Notes: generated from the sequence alone by a model not told the origin. A stretch of 20,000 bases of DNA from an uncultured virus (IMG/VR IMGVR_UViG_3300028832_000009) (IMGVR_UViG_3300028832_000009); one strand, 5' to 3'; numbered from the stretch's first letter, positions 9,401 to 16,053 are shown. Made by a program: numbers and translations.

Positions 9401-10911
9401 GTCGTCAGGATGAGGTTGTCTGCGTATGCCTCCGCGGTGCGGGGGAAGAGCAGCGCGGTGCGCTCCGCAGCCACGCCCGCATCCGCGAGCATCTTCGCAG
9501 CGAGGTTGGGCTTGATGCCCCTTGCCGTGAGTTTCGCCATGGCACCGGGCAAGTCTGCCGCTATGTTCGAGGCGCCCCTTGCCGCAGCGCCTTTGCTCAG
9601 CCACTGCCTCGTGGCCTTGGTGGCGATATTCCTGGCTGCGCGGGCACCCATCTTCTCCAATCCTCCCGTGAGTATGAATCCCAGCATGAACTCGGCGCTC
9701 TGCTCCGCTGCCTGTCCGGCCTTTGCGTAGGTGGATGCGGACGCGGCTTTCACGCCGTTTATGTAGGAGTATCTGTCAAATGCCTTGAGGACTTCCTTCT
9801 CTCCGTCGGTGAGTCCGTTCTGCAGGGCCTCCGCTATCGCGGCGGACACTTCCTCCTGCCTGTCCTCCGGGACGGCTCCGTCCTTCACTCCGAAGGAATC
9901 CAGCACGTCGGTGATGATCGCGCCGGCCTTGTCGCCCACTTCGCGGACATTGCTCTTGGCGAGAGCGTTGACCAGGCCGAAGGTGAGGGAGTTCTCGTCC
10001 ACCATCCTTCCGGCTGCGCCTGCGAACTGCCTGACCGCCACGGCTATGTCCTCGGGCACGCCCTTCAGCTCCGCCTTATCACCCAGCTTGGATTCCCTCT
10101 CGGTGATGTTGGAGAGGCGGCGTACGGTCTCCCAGTTCTTCAGTTCCCTGTCGTTATAGACGGTGCGTCCGCCTGCGGTGGCGGGAGCGCTGAGGCGTTC
10201 GCGTGCGGCGTTGCCCGCATCCTTCGCCCCTGCGAGTGCGCCCTGGAACTCCGAGGTCTGCGTGAGGGCGTTCGCTATGAGCGCCTTTTTATCCTTATAG
10301 GCTTTATATCGCCCTTCATTTTCCTTGAGCCAGGCGACATCCTCCGCGTTGAGGGTGGGTGACATCTCGTCGATATCGGTAGTCAGCGATGCGTTGCGTG
10401 CCTCGTATTCCTTGGCGAACTCCGCATCCTGCCTGTCCACCTCTCCGGCCATGGCGGCGAGAGTGGCGGCATCCCTACCCACATAGGGGTTGCGTTCCGC
10501 GGCTTCGAGGTAGTCCTTCGTGCTCTCGGGAGCCTGCGCGAACGAGCTGGTCTCGGGTGCTGCGGGTTCCTGCGGCTCGGGCTCCGGCTCCTGCGCCTGT
10601 GCCTGCGCCTTCCTCTCTTCTCCGCGCATCCACCTGCGCGTGCTGCGCGGTGCCTGGGAGAAGGAACTCGTGGCGAGCGGATCGGGGGCTTCCCCTGCAG
10701 GGACCTCGGGGGCGTACAGCTTGGAGGCGAACTCCTCGTAGTCCTTGCCCAAGTCGGAATACCCCGCCTTGGAGAGAAGGTCGTATGCTATCCTGCTGTT
10801 CTCCCTGTCCCTGAACAAATCCTCGGCGCTGTCGCCTATGTCGGTATAGCCCTCCCTCTTGAGAAGGTCATACGCGAGCTGCCGGTTCTGCAAATATCTG
10901 TCGTCTGCCAT
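1..10911 (-). CDS. Giant large polyvalent protein (putative DarB-like virion ejection protein), >3637 aa, 3' end outside the window
   Basis: ATG at 10911 (MADDRYLQNRQLAYDLLKREGY...), 8 nt after the TAA of the previous gene. The ORF track lists no minus-strand ORF in this register below 10911, which implies no stop before the window edge. The segments I translated by hand (1-960, 2440-2760, 3560-4620, 4800-5900, 6180-7080, 8900-10911) are open. The long plus-strand ORFs (88, 2317, 3850, 6382, 8839) are all antisense shadows in this register. Recognisable domains are listed below. Confidence 0.95.
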   Translation of the reverse strand, partial: MADDRYLQNRQLAYDLLKREGYTDIGDSAEDLFRDRENSRIAYDLLSKAGYSDLGKDYEEFASKLYAPEVPAGEAPDPLATSSFSQAPRSTRRWMRGEERKAQAQAQEPEPEPQEPAAPETSSFAQAPESTKDYLEAAERNPYVGRDAATLAAMAGEVDRQDAEFAKEYEARNASLTTDIDEMSPTLNAEDVAWLKENEGRYKAYKDKKALIANALTQTSEFQGALAGAKDAGNAARERLSAPATAGGRTVYNDRELKNWETVRRLSNITERESKLGDKAELKGVPEDIAVAVRQFAGAAGRMVDENSLTFGLVNALAKSNVREVGDKAGAIITDVLDSFGVKDGAVPEDRQEEVSAAIAEALQNGLTDGEKEVLKAFDRYSYINGVKAASASTYAKAGQAAEQSAEFMLGFILTGGLEKMGARAARNIATKATRQWLSKGAAARGASNIAADLPGAMAKLTARGIKPNLAAKMLADAGVAAERTALLFPRTAEAYADNLILTTGEYKDEHGRLKFDRSRANAALNTALTQYIEYWSEGFGEYFGAGEKALFKSVTKNAPASAIGKTLSDYRGSIGRFLDQGKFNGMFNEMLEEVVGSVFNSTAGWLSGDRLGDKEAMKEFFAGDNLATLFLSFLPMSALSARTNIKAYNAMVNRYDKAVETLKPMVESGAVSQEDLDSLVGDIRNSTPEHIKDRVVEIADKARKAAGGKLPDNFAQSLLGYVEGNLSMNMESDLWDQSSEKRRVVDAYSGTYSFPDLGSAWDIVSAEDAARQAALEAGLDEDDLEKDPFRLAQEAAVIERQGNAEAAEVLTEYAQVKAAAQGLRDGYRKETEDMIDGFSRTVWDASLKNGAVIVAEYEGTPVIVLTDDASVDADGSVSAGGADGLVRIAPASPSADELIVKSGTLRNGDSVNPENFIAQSAASFADQRQVAFEQAVGTISPSGKAAVINGLAGQTILIQDETGSVSPVTIVNTDGRGGVTVRDEGKGGSMNVVSAETLYDMAQKDQDGNVQIYSPQRAEQPAQEEQPQPAEAPAPAEQQPTTDLGDYVGTELSLLVNKSPVQAYVTEVGDGRVYFEYEDADGNGRASSMTEQAFLAALQGAQGGQQEGQEAQPQAPAEEAQQGVLPRTKDGEVDMANMFNVDKETFAQRIPELVDYMNSVLGEYALKEVQKAYTATGEAVKKIQERIDKNSDLAKAPKLYKELAEEKQKKENYGALILAMRPERGQARPAATAAAEPQAPEAPVEGNVPDISDDTPEAAQERGYFIQNGNRVDRAAEDAVAATGADTKISFTKTEVVDAKYGLVDAKRIIPSHVADQENPLHFFAKNWQPKNRNRTDSAVAIQQMANGIRPEEITVGATAYGGAPIVNSRGEVIQGNGRSEALRRAYAQDTAAGYKQWLAEHAEDFGLTKEQVEGMDSPILVRVLSVDDARAEELGKREQKDLESGGDQTFSGKGLAKKIGDRLEEFLNILYGGDLGEDATLSDYINANGQLALNWLNRNGYINDTELQNALETTRSGEVRFTDASVAAFRELSLEPLFQSGTEKVRAGYEKLPNIVKLALQRNVALLSNLEGVIPDIQAALSYYHDFETADPAFQKAKTTEEAWKAIEDWMNNVPLGSDKTEGDLHPNIVARRFAAIFKGAKKAKALTDLFRNIAAAMNGEGGLFGENPEAVDRIGAYTQTNVISEQEANTIQNGQEGNTERGSDSVAGEDVQRGGQVGEGSPASGVESPAENAGDSGQAAEGAESAEEGAVAAGAEESEPAATEEVPETTEPAEPAAPATEGGYGESNTVVTKDQYEELKRRMREKLGQLNAGFDPEVFSIGVQMAAYHIEAGARKFIDFAKRMINDLGDAIRPYLKAIYNGARDLPGMEEFKEEMDSAETVSGIEVADININDNDNGKEDTTDLQQGGQRPGAVPGDTSEGAGGETGTPGTDGDNAGDNSGNAAPGGNQGSDAEEGAGGEQGTLWDDGEPSGTSGNREGHGGRTDVGEGSGRKTPTGKGGRSGNTGTGVVSEGPVGVGRDTGGRTDAIDPEAAATEAEQKAYEQEKKAIQNETDAEKLKARKDELKAGISAITDKHDLSKARMSGQLRAVLEKLRDLFSKSADKSERLTQEKVPYESVSDPSGEHAIGSVVPSGSADAMRNAILRMETEEKEGAADFVRGLEGYKSLDEMFTGDGKDIGLSSEQVDSVALALHQMLGGRMFIVGDMTGVGKGRQGAAIIRWALREKKKILFVTEKPDLFSDMYQDLVDIGSTDHVPFVVNNVPIVDKGKSEEEGNVILKAPGKSVASALYGSESDALPKVKWSGAFKGKQYNVVMMTYSQAQSTSPSAKKKLDWVKQYAKDAIVICDESHNASGESRRGGYFRDIVQNAQGVTFMSATFAKRPDNMVLYALRSSLRDAQMTQEDMIESIQKYGVPMQEILAEGLFRTGEMVRRERDFSDVKIHWDEPKDVFTEEEIKQSRDTYDKTTDIVNSIISMQRQMMDPVIKKMNKEQFEEANKAARKRLETSNEGTKVTIREYTYTPYASQVSNVASLMFYAIKARKAAEMAINQIKEGKKPIIAVDNTLESYIKDIEGEVPSADFAFILNRGLEKSLKYRLKSTVKWINPETHTEETVKEDSSVSELGSFEKIMGNGYSNIIRQSIQNYSQDKEVLPLMLSPIDYIKSEIEKAGYRCGEITGRSWSLRQKADGNWERVPMKIDKTSEITHFNGGSAAAPLDESEVNNAVILNTAGATGISLHASRRFGDQRKRTMIILQPAKDVNVEVQIRGRGDRTGQVARCEYFYIMSPIPAEKKIIMMLKQKLASLDANAVGTEKVSSNKVDANDMDNKYGDEVARQFLIDHPEVNQNLDDPIEKKSGEYEHRDGLLYELLKGAQRMSCKRQELILTELESAYVEQIDYLNQNGINDLATTTMNLNATTVDQAIFIKGKDNESMSVFAHDTNMERVEVDVLKKPLRSPEIYARMRKLGALTEDGKIDPLYGTNIYEASSKYRDEVLRDKEKKNFEAQEQLVEALKVATPKTDDQTEEDYDRAIRNDPSYRELVSTNMDEYNRLDMDLSTQVGRVERAGEYLKPGMPVLVPLTDDLNGQKRYGRFIAFKTAKDGKPKSVRAVFAVTDARAVIEIPVVSKYDIITWIVNNVYGTIGLGSDLREIGGPTYDKNITDETRRTARDEWWDKKVPKQTTRQIRYMITGNILQACGKLGEYKGTITTFTRKDTDTGEVTVDRGMLLAEDFDPENFKIRSAVTKDDVWNGYNGIYDDKTNIEVRRDGDVMVVQYLRPLRSRENLAKNPLMLDEDLKPLLVDNTFIAWTKDTIRATVTEENVEAVLDHLYRNYGFTKETLFIMPDSTERVDAIVYTDKPYEEVLKEFHDKYGNNLDQWDIERQLKQMLDQYKMDVNNEDLKKQIRDFVQARQAYLRKKAAKNDSIRMAWDVLIKDEEIAQATSKERRDSLYAKREAEKEELAVRGVHGNLLHFEAGEVPFDVVEENFNKLNKDKGNAEIAKKVFPLVKKLGLTTIFNEKTPNNVGGHTAGQELTYNWKYMNSDWITDQMKADTFLHEVIHTVTAYAKGCVEYGYEHLISEEMLDIVNQLDGIWRLIKYNQLFQHSTGDGNAYTDYGTTDWYEMMAEAGSNEEF
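2440..3260 (-). other. Strawberry-notch helicase C-terminal domain (Helicase_C_4-like) within the giant protein
   Basis: KKPIIAVDNT...; VILNTAGATGISLHASRRFGDQRKRTMIILQPAKDVNVEVQIRGRGDRTGQ (about 2730-2575); KQKLASLDAN. Confidence 0.9.
3560..4560 (-). other. Strawberry-notch P-loop/SF2 ATPase domain (AAA_34-like) within the giant protein
   Basis: SSEQVDSVALA; Walker A GDMTGVGKGR (4290-4261); MTYSQ; Walker B ICDESH (DESH at 3861-3850); motif III FMSATFAKRPDNM (SAT at 3774-3766); GEMVRRERDF. Confidence 0.92.
4815..5213 (-). CDS. Nested out-of-frame small acidic protein (132 aa), function unknown
   Basis: Lies in the +1 frame relative to the giant gene. Start context is CATAAACGACAACGATA-ATG, stop is TAG. 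Codons in this frame end mostly in G/C. The host frame over the same interval is a low-complexity G/E/D/T linker (NGKEDTTDLQQGGQRPGAVPGDTSEGAGGETGTPG...). Confidence 0.75.
   Translation of the reverse strand: MEKKTLLIYSREGSDLELYLVIPQKELEERPELLAPTGITPEIIQEMQRRAGIKEVTPKKELEANRALFGTTENRVELQEIVKDTEEEPMSEKDLDERLRQVKEEGLEILAPEWYPKDPSVWDETPVDAQMQ
5649..5825 (-). CDS. Nested out-of-frame small helical protein (58 aa, MDKKVTLNEALTQSLEKMSSEGDKWAKEVLQAESNHLQKTQEIADRQLKELKAQKKAQ), function unknown
   Basis: Shorter than any ORF in the track. Same +1 frame, start context GCAAACACTATACAAA-ATG, TAG stop at 5651-5649. Hand count: about 48/58 codons end in G/C in this frame versus about 16/58 in the host frame. 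Confidence 0.7.
   Translation of the reverse strand: MDKKVTLNEALTQSLEKMSSEGDKWAKEVLQAESNHLQKTQEIADRQLKELKAQKKAQ
6450..7050 (-). other. DdrB-like ParB superfamily domain within the giant protein
   Basis: YGLVDAKRIIPSH...WQPKNRNRTDS...MANGIRPEEI...GGAPIVNSRGEVIQGNGRSEALRRAY...YKQWL...FGL...PILVR. This is the motif order of the ddrB-ParB family found in polyvalent proteins. Confidence 0.85.
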
Positions 10912-10919
10912 TGTCTCTG

Positions 10920-11900
10920 TTATTTGAATCCTCCAACCTTAGTGTTCTTGAATCCGCCCACCTTGCCCTTGGTCTCCGCGGGCTTGTCGGACTTGCCTTT
11001 CCCCGAGGACTTCGCCGGGGCTTTCCTCTCGGGGCGTCCCGCGATTATGCTGTCCTCTCCGCCGAGGGATTCGACTATCGCCTTCACCTCATCGTCCGTG
11101 GGGTTCCATCCGTCCCCGAAGAGGTCGTTGCCGAACCCTCCGAGGGTCACGAAACTGCGGAACGAGGGGTATCCGCCCTTGTGGATGCTGTCGCTCTTGA
11201 TGAGGTCGTAGTAGGCGCGGAGCGCTATGGTCTTGCGCTTCTCCTTCTCGTCATCGCCTTTCCGGGCGATGTTCTCCGCCACCCTGCGTCCGTAGTCCTG
11301 GAGCCGTTCGCTCCTGCGGCGCTCGTAGTCAGCCACGTTCTCCGCGTGACGGACGTCGCGGTCCATCCGGCGTATGTCGAACGCTGCCTCCTCGCGGCCG
11401 AGGTTCCGTATGTCGTTGTCGGCCTGGAGCACCCTGCTGAACGCGGACAGGTACTGCCTGTCGTCGTTGGGCTGCACTCCCGCGGTCGATCCCCCGGCGG
11501 CCCAGCCGAGAGGCTGGACAATGGCGCGGAGTGCATTCCCGAGAGCATTGAACTGAGCCATACGCACGTCGGACGTGCGCTGCTTCTCAATGTCGCCCCT
11601 GCGTTTCGCGAGCATATCCTGGAATGCCAGGCGCTCGTTCTCCTTCGCGTCCTGCACCTGCTGGCGCAGCCTGCCGATGTACCCGGCCTGCTGCTCCGCC
11701 ACGGTGGTTCTTCTGGCAGGGATGTTGGTACTCGTGTCCAGTACGGGCAACTTCTCGCTTTCGGGAATGGTTATTTCCTCGTCAGGAATGGTCACTCCCG
11801 CGTCGGCGTCGGGCTCCACGCCCCCGAACACGGAATCCGCGAGAGCGGCCTGCTGTTCGGGAGTGAGGTACCCTGCTATTGATTTGGTGATGCTTCTCAT
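10920..11900 (-). CDS. Putative internal virion/ejection protein (326 aa, coiled-coil)
   Basis: Likely start is ATG 11900 (MRSITKSIAG), 11 nt after the upstream TAA, rather than 11981. Coiled-coil segments flank the amphipathic ALGNALRAIVQPLGWAAGG. Tightly packed with the giant gene. Confidence 0.7.
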   Translation of the reverse strand: MRSITKSIAGYLTPEQQAALADSVFGGVEPDADAGVTIPDEEITIPESEKLPVLDTSTNIPARRTTVAEQQAGYIGRLRQQVQDAKENERLAFQDMLAKRRGDIEKQRTSDVRMAQFNALGNALRAIVQPLGWAAGGSTAGVQPNDDRQYLSAFSRVLQADNDIRNLGREEAAFDIRRMDRDVRHAENVADYERRRSERLQDYGRRVAENIARKGDDEKEKRKTIALRAYYDLIKSDSIHKGGYPSFRSFVTLGGFGNDLFGDGWNPTDDEVKAIVESLGGEDSIIAGRPERKAPAKSSGKGKSDKPAETKGKVGGFKNTKVGGFK

Positions 11901-11911
11901 AATTGTCGAGC

Positions 11912-12469
11912 TTATTCTTGTTTGGCCAGCAAACCTGCCGAGCCGAGCTGCATACCGGCGTTGCCGAGGGCCGTGCCCCACGCCTGCCAGTCCTGTGCCG
12001 CCTGGAGGTACTGCCCCTGGATGTTCGCGGAGTGCTGGAGGTCGAGCTGCATCCGCTGCCTCGCCACCCTGTCCCTGCGCTCGTCCTCTCCTTGAAGGAG
12101 TCTGGCATAGGTGCCGCTCATGGTCTCGTTGCTTGCCTGGCGTGCCGCAAGGCGGTTCTCCGTAGTGGCACCGCCCGCCTCTGCGCGGTTGTCTATAGCC
12201 TCGTTGTCCTTCCGCAGCCTCTCGTCCATCGTCTTGAGCAACGCCCTGTTGCCGGGAGTGGTCGTAGGATCGCGGTAGTATTGTGAATCAAGGAACTCCT
12301 TCGCCTCGCCGTATGCCCGGCTTTCCTCTTTCTTCGCCTTCCTGCGGTTCGCGGCCGCACCTATGGCACCGCCGGCTGCTCCGCCCGCGGCAAGCGCCGT
12401 ACCCGCTATCAGCAGGGGTATTAACGGTACTATGAGGGGCGTGAACATTAACATAATCGCTGTCAGCAT
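11912..12469 (-). CDS. Putative small ejection/pilot protein (185 aa)
   Basis: Hydrophobic and Gly/Ala-rich N-terminus (LIAGTALAAGGAAGGAIGAAANRRKAKK), central coiled coil and Gly/Ala-rich C-terminus (WGTALGNAGMQLG). First gene of the leftward operon. Confidence 0.7.
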   Translation of the reverse strand: MLTAIMLMFTPLIVPLIPLLIAGTALAAGGAAGGAIGAAANRRKAKKEESRAYGEAKEFLDSQYYRDPTTTPGNRALLKTMDERLRKDNEAIDNRAEAGGATTENRLAARQASNETMSGTYARLLQGEDERRDRVARQRMQLDLQHSANIQGQYLQAAQDWQAWGTALGNAGMQLGSAGLLAKQE

Positions 12470-12492
12470 ATTCGTTCAATTTTTTTATGGGA

Positions 12493-12565
12493 CCAAGTTA
12501 CCTATACTTATTTGAAAAATATTCACAAAATGTGAAAAAATTCCAAAAAGTTATAGTTAAACTTG
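12493..12565. promoter_or_regulatory. Divergent promoter region with central palindrome
   Basis: AT-rich gap between divergent operons. Near-consensus Bacteroidota -7 boxes TAACTTGG (minus, 12500-12493) and TAAACTTG (plus, 12558-12565). Palindrome TTCACA-AAA-TGTGAA at 12522-12536. Confidence 0.6.
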
Positions 12566-12592
12566 CTATCGGATACTGAAATAGCGACTGAT

Positions 12593-13114
12593 ATGGACAA
12601 GAATGTAAAGGACAGGATTGCCAAGCGCAAGATAGCCTACATCTATCTGCTCCACCGGATGTTCGAGAGCAACCCGGCGAAGATGCTGAAGATCCTCGGC
12701 ATACCCAACACCACGGTCGCGGACATCAAGGACTGGGACCTGGATTACCGCGAGGCCGTGTTCGAGACCATCCGCGAGGAAGATTCACACGGGGTGAACG
12801 TGGAGGACCCCCAGGACGCCGCGCCCACCATCAAGAGCATCAAGGACAAGGTGCTGAAGAGGTGCTACGAGCTGATAGAGCAGACCACCGACCCGGCCAA
12901 GCTGGCGATGGTATATAAGACGCTCTCCGAGTTCGAGTCCAGCGACACGGTCAAGGCGAAGAGCGTGATCGACATAATCAGCGAGACCGTCAAGCCCCTC
13001 ACGCCGAAGAAGAAGGAGAAGCTGACGATGCTGGAGAGGATGAAGAAGGAGAATCACATCAGCGACTCCGACGACACCTGCTACAGCGATTCTAACGAAG
13101 AAAACGAAGATTAG
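12593..13114 (+). CDS. HTH-containing protein (173 aa); possible terminase small subunit or transcription regulator
   Basis: ATG 12593 preferred over TTG 12563. Strong G/C third-position bias. HTH-like segment NPAKMLKILGIPNTTVADIK, helical middle, basic then acidic tail. The CDS is secure; the function is a guess. Confidence 0.55.
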   Translation: MDKNVKDRIAKRKIAYIYLLHRMFESNPAKMLKILGIPNTTVADIKDWDLDYREAVFETIREEDSHGVNVEDPQDAAPTIKSIKDKVLKRCYELIEQTTDPAKLAMVYKTLSEFESSDTVKAKSVIDIISETVKPLTPKKKEKLTMLERMKKENHISDSDDTCYSDSNEENED

Positions 13115-13116
13115 CC

Positions 13117-16050
13117 ATGCCTGTAAGCGAACTGAATTTCAAGGGAATCAACAGGGCCGTTTCCGACTATTCCTCGGACGGATCCTGCGAGGAGCTGACG
13201 AACCTGCGCCCCACCACGGGCGGGCTCGTCCCTGTAAAGCCTTTCGGACGGATGATGGAAACCGTCTATGACAAGATATACGAGCACCGCGTGAGCGACG
13301 GCACGAACTACCTTGCCGTGAGGTACGCCAACGGCACCCTCTCGTGTCACCAGATAGACGACGAGGGGCAGGCCATAGGCGCGGCGCTGTTCATCATAGA
13401 GGACCCGCACATCATCTCGATGAAGTACAGCTTCGCGGCGGTGAGCAACCTCGCGCTGTTCAGCTGCATCGTGGAAGCCTATCCGAGAAACCTCAGCCAG
13501 AACATCACCCTCCGCTGGACGGGGGACGGATACGTCAAGATGGACAGCTGGATGCCGGCCATATCCGCGTCGTTCTCCGTGGATGATTCGTACCTCGGGA
13601 ACTTCAAGGTTCCGAACTTCACCCAATCCACGCCGATGACGGAGATCCAGGACATCATCGCCACGGGGTACAACGGACTGCAGGAGAAATACAAGGACTA
13701 CTGTTTCGGCCAGGCGGTCATCGCCATAGCGCTCAAGACCGCGGACGGAAAGACCTTCTGGACGGGGCAGTGGATACCCATCAACCCCATACCCGTGTAT
13801 AAGGACAGCTTCGGCCCGCTGAGTTCCGCACACTATTTCGTGGACGAGACCTGGTCGGGCGCACAGTACTTCCCCGACTTCGAGAGGGACTTCCCCGACG
13901 GAGGCTACTATATAGCGAGGGGTACGGCATCGAACAGCTACGTGTACGGAGCGGCCCTGAAAATCCGCATGACCCTGGGGCGCGTCTATGGCTGGTCGGA
14001 GGACACTTCCATAGTGAGGAGCGCGGAGATCTATGTGTCGCGTCCGCAGTTCGTGGCGGACATAAGCAAGAAGGGCGGGCAGATATCGAGCGTGGGGGAC
14101 GTGGTCGCTCCGGAACTCACTCCCGACCTGATAGACCTCGGGGGGCAGCTCCTGTACCATCAGAAGAGTATCCCCATGAAGGACCTCGTCCTGGCGGACC
14201 AGTCGTTCATCCTGCATTTCGGCGGGAACATACAGACCACCTCGGAGACACTGCGCGTGGATTCGGGAGCCGTGGCGCACTTCGGTGAGGTTCTGGCATA
14301 CAACTCGCGCTTCCACATCTACGGCGGCATCCGCAGGGAGTGGCTGTCCAAGCCGAACTTCTCGGGCATCTATCCCGGTTCGGGAAACGCCTGCAAGATA
14401 TTCCTGATATACAACGACGGGGAGAGGAACGTGCCGGTCTATGTAGGCACGGGCATCCACCACACCGACGGACTCATCCTCATAGCCCCTTCCATCCGAG
14501 TGAGGGAGGTCTGGGTGACATTCGCCATCCAGGGGGGCACCGCGACCTACTATAACCTCTACAAGTACGCGATGACCGATTCGGCGAGGTACAACTACAC
14601 CATAAACACCGAGGGCGCGTACTATGCCGAGGCTCCTTCATCCCCTTCGGACGAATACACGGAGCTGGAGACGCTCGCGGAGGACGGCGCGAAGAGTTTC
14701 GTGGAGGTGGCCGAGCCGTCCGCGATCAACGTCAGCGAGCAGTACAACCCGTTCGTGTTCGACGTGAACCACTCCTACCTCGCTCCGGGAAAGATACTGG
14801 ACATCCTGCCGCAGATGGTGGCGGTGAGGGACGTGTCCTTCGGGGACTACCCGCTGGACATCTTCACCGACCGTGGCGTGTACGCGCTGCTGCAGGGCAC
14901 GGGGACGGTGCTCTACGGCGCGTTCCGTCCGATATCGAACCTCGTGGCGCAGTCCAACGGGGTAGCCACGGAGAACGGCACTTTCTTCCTCGCTGCCGGC
15001 GGGCTCTGGCTCGTGGCCGGCGGGAACTCCGTGCTGGTGAGCGACGCGCTCTCCCTGGGGCCGCACAAGTACATAAGGAACTGTACGGGGTACATAGCCA
15101 TCTGCCGCGGGCACTACGACACGTCCGGCACCGAATCGCAGGTGTCCTTCGAGGACTTCGCCGCTGGTGCGTCGCTGTCGTACAACCGCTTCCGGGACGA
15201 GCTGATCATAAGCAACCCCACCTATTCCTACTCCTACGTCCTCTCGCTGAAGTACCGGCAGTGGTTCAAGATACCCGTGGCCTTGACGCAGGACTCGGTG
15301 GGAGACCACATCGCATCCGATCCGGTCATCACCACGAGGGTATGGGCGTACAAGACCTTCCAGGCTCCCTTCCTCCCGGAAGGTTCCGTCCTGACACTTA
15401 CCCTGGCCATAGGGGAGGATGCGTACATCTTCTCCCACACCGTGACCGCGGAAGAGGCGGCGGCGGGCACGGACGCCATATTCGAGCAGTTCCGCCTGGA
15501 GTGGCAGGCCCACATCATAGGGAGTATGCTGCAGGGGTCCGTGATGACCTTCACCAAGGAGGAGCACCAGACATTAGGCACCCTATACACGATCCGCATC
15601 GACATAGACGGCCACGACTCCGCGGGGGACTGCAACGGCACCTTCTCCTACAGGACCACCACCAACAACCTCACCTTCGATTCCGAGTCGGGCAGGGTGA
15701 CGTACGACCTCTCGGACGAGACGGAGGGGACGGACATAGCGGTGCACCTGCAGTCGCGTCCCTTCTCCATGGGCGGCGGCCAGTACGGGCACATACACAG
15801 GGTGCTGCAGATGGTGCGGGCCTCGTCGGGAGACCTGACCGTCGCGCTCTACGGCAGCGACAACCTGCAGGACTGGGCGCTGCTCTCCTACGCGAACAGG
15901 AGCGGCAAGAAGATAAGCCAGATACGCACCGGCCCTGCGGCGAGGTCGTGGCGGTACTACACGATAACCATCGGCGGGGCAGTGCCCGACGACACGGACT
16001 TCGGTCCCACGATGATAGACTTCGAGCCCGTGAGGAGGCGGATAGGATAG
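13117..16050 (+). CDS. Phage structural protein, putative tail nozzle/DNA stabilisation protein (977 aa)
   Basis: Beta-rich. N-terminus FKGINRAVSDY...DGSCEELTNLR. Internal VSEQYNPFVF...FGDYPLDIFTDRGVYAL. C-terminal beta-sandwich LQSRPF...ALYGSDNLQDW...SWRYY. This pattern is typical of podovirus-like stabilisation/nozzle proteins. Confidence 0.7.
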   Translation: MPVSELNFKGINRAVSDYSSDGSCEELTNLRPTTGGLVPVKPFGRMMETVYDKIYEHRVSDGTNYLAVRYANGTLSCHQIDDEGQAIGAALFIIEDPHIISMKYSFAAVSNLALFSCIVEAYPRNLSQNITLRWTGDGYVKMDSWMPAISASFSVDDSYLGNFKVPNFTQSTPMTEIQDIIATGYNGLQEKYKDYCFGQAVIAIALKTADGKTFWTGQWIPINPIPVYKDSFGPLSSAHYFVDETWSGAQYFPDFERDFPDGGYYIARGTASNSYVYGAALKIRMTLGRVYGWSEDTSIVRSAEIYVSRPQFVADISKKGGQISSVGDVVAPELTPDLIDLGGQLLYHQKSIPMKDLVLADQSFILHFGGNIQTTSETLRVDSGAVAHFGEVLAYNSRFHIYGGIRREWLSKPNFSGIYPGSGNACKIFLIYNDGERNVPVYVGTGIHHTDGLILIAPSIRVREVWVTFAIQGGTATYYNLYKYAMTDSARYNYTINTEGAYYAEAPSSPSDEYTELETLAEDGAKSFVEVAEPSAINVSEQYNPFVFDVNHSYLAPGKILDILPQMVAVRDVSFGDYPLDIFTDRGVYALLQGTGTVLYGAFRPISNLVAQSNGVATENGTFFLAAGGLWLVAGGNSVLVSDALSLGPHKYIRNCTGYIAICRGHYDTSGTESQVSFEDFAAGASLSYNRFRDELIISNPTYSYSYVLSLKYRQWFKIPVALTQDSVGDHIASDPVITTRVWAYKTFQAPFLPEGSVLTLTLAIGEDAYIFSHTVTAEEAAAGTDAIFEQFRLEWQAHIIGSMLQGSVMTFTKEEHQTLGTLYTIRIDIDGHDSAGDCNGTFSYRTTTNNLTFDSESGRVTYDLSDETEGTDIAVHLQSRPFSMGGGQYGHIHRVLQMVRASSGDLTVALYGSDNLQDWALLSYANRSGKKISQIRTGPAARSWRYYTITIGGAVPDDTDFGPTMIDFEPVRRRIG

Positions 16051-16053
16051 GAT

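Noticed and set aside
88..10362. Long plus-strand ORFs (88-1524, 2317-3027, 3850-4980, 6382-7749, 8839-10362)
   Set aside because: All are in exact antisense register with the giant minus-strand gene. Their L/V/R/H-rich composition is typical of shadows of a high-GC3 gene.
11901..11981. Upstream start for the 353-aa ORF
   Set aside because: It overlaps the preceding gene. ATG 11900 sits just after that gene's stop in a good context.
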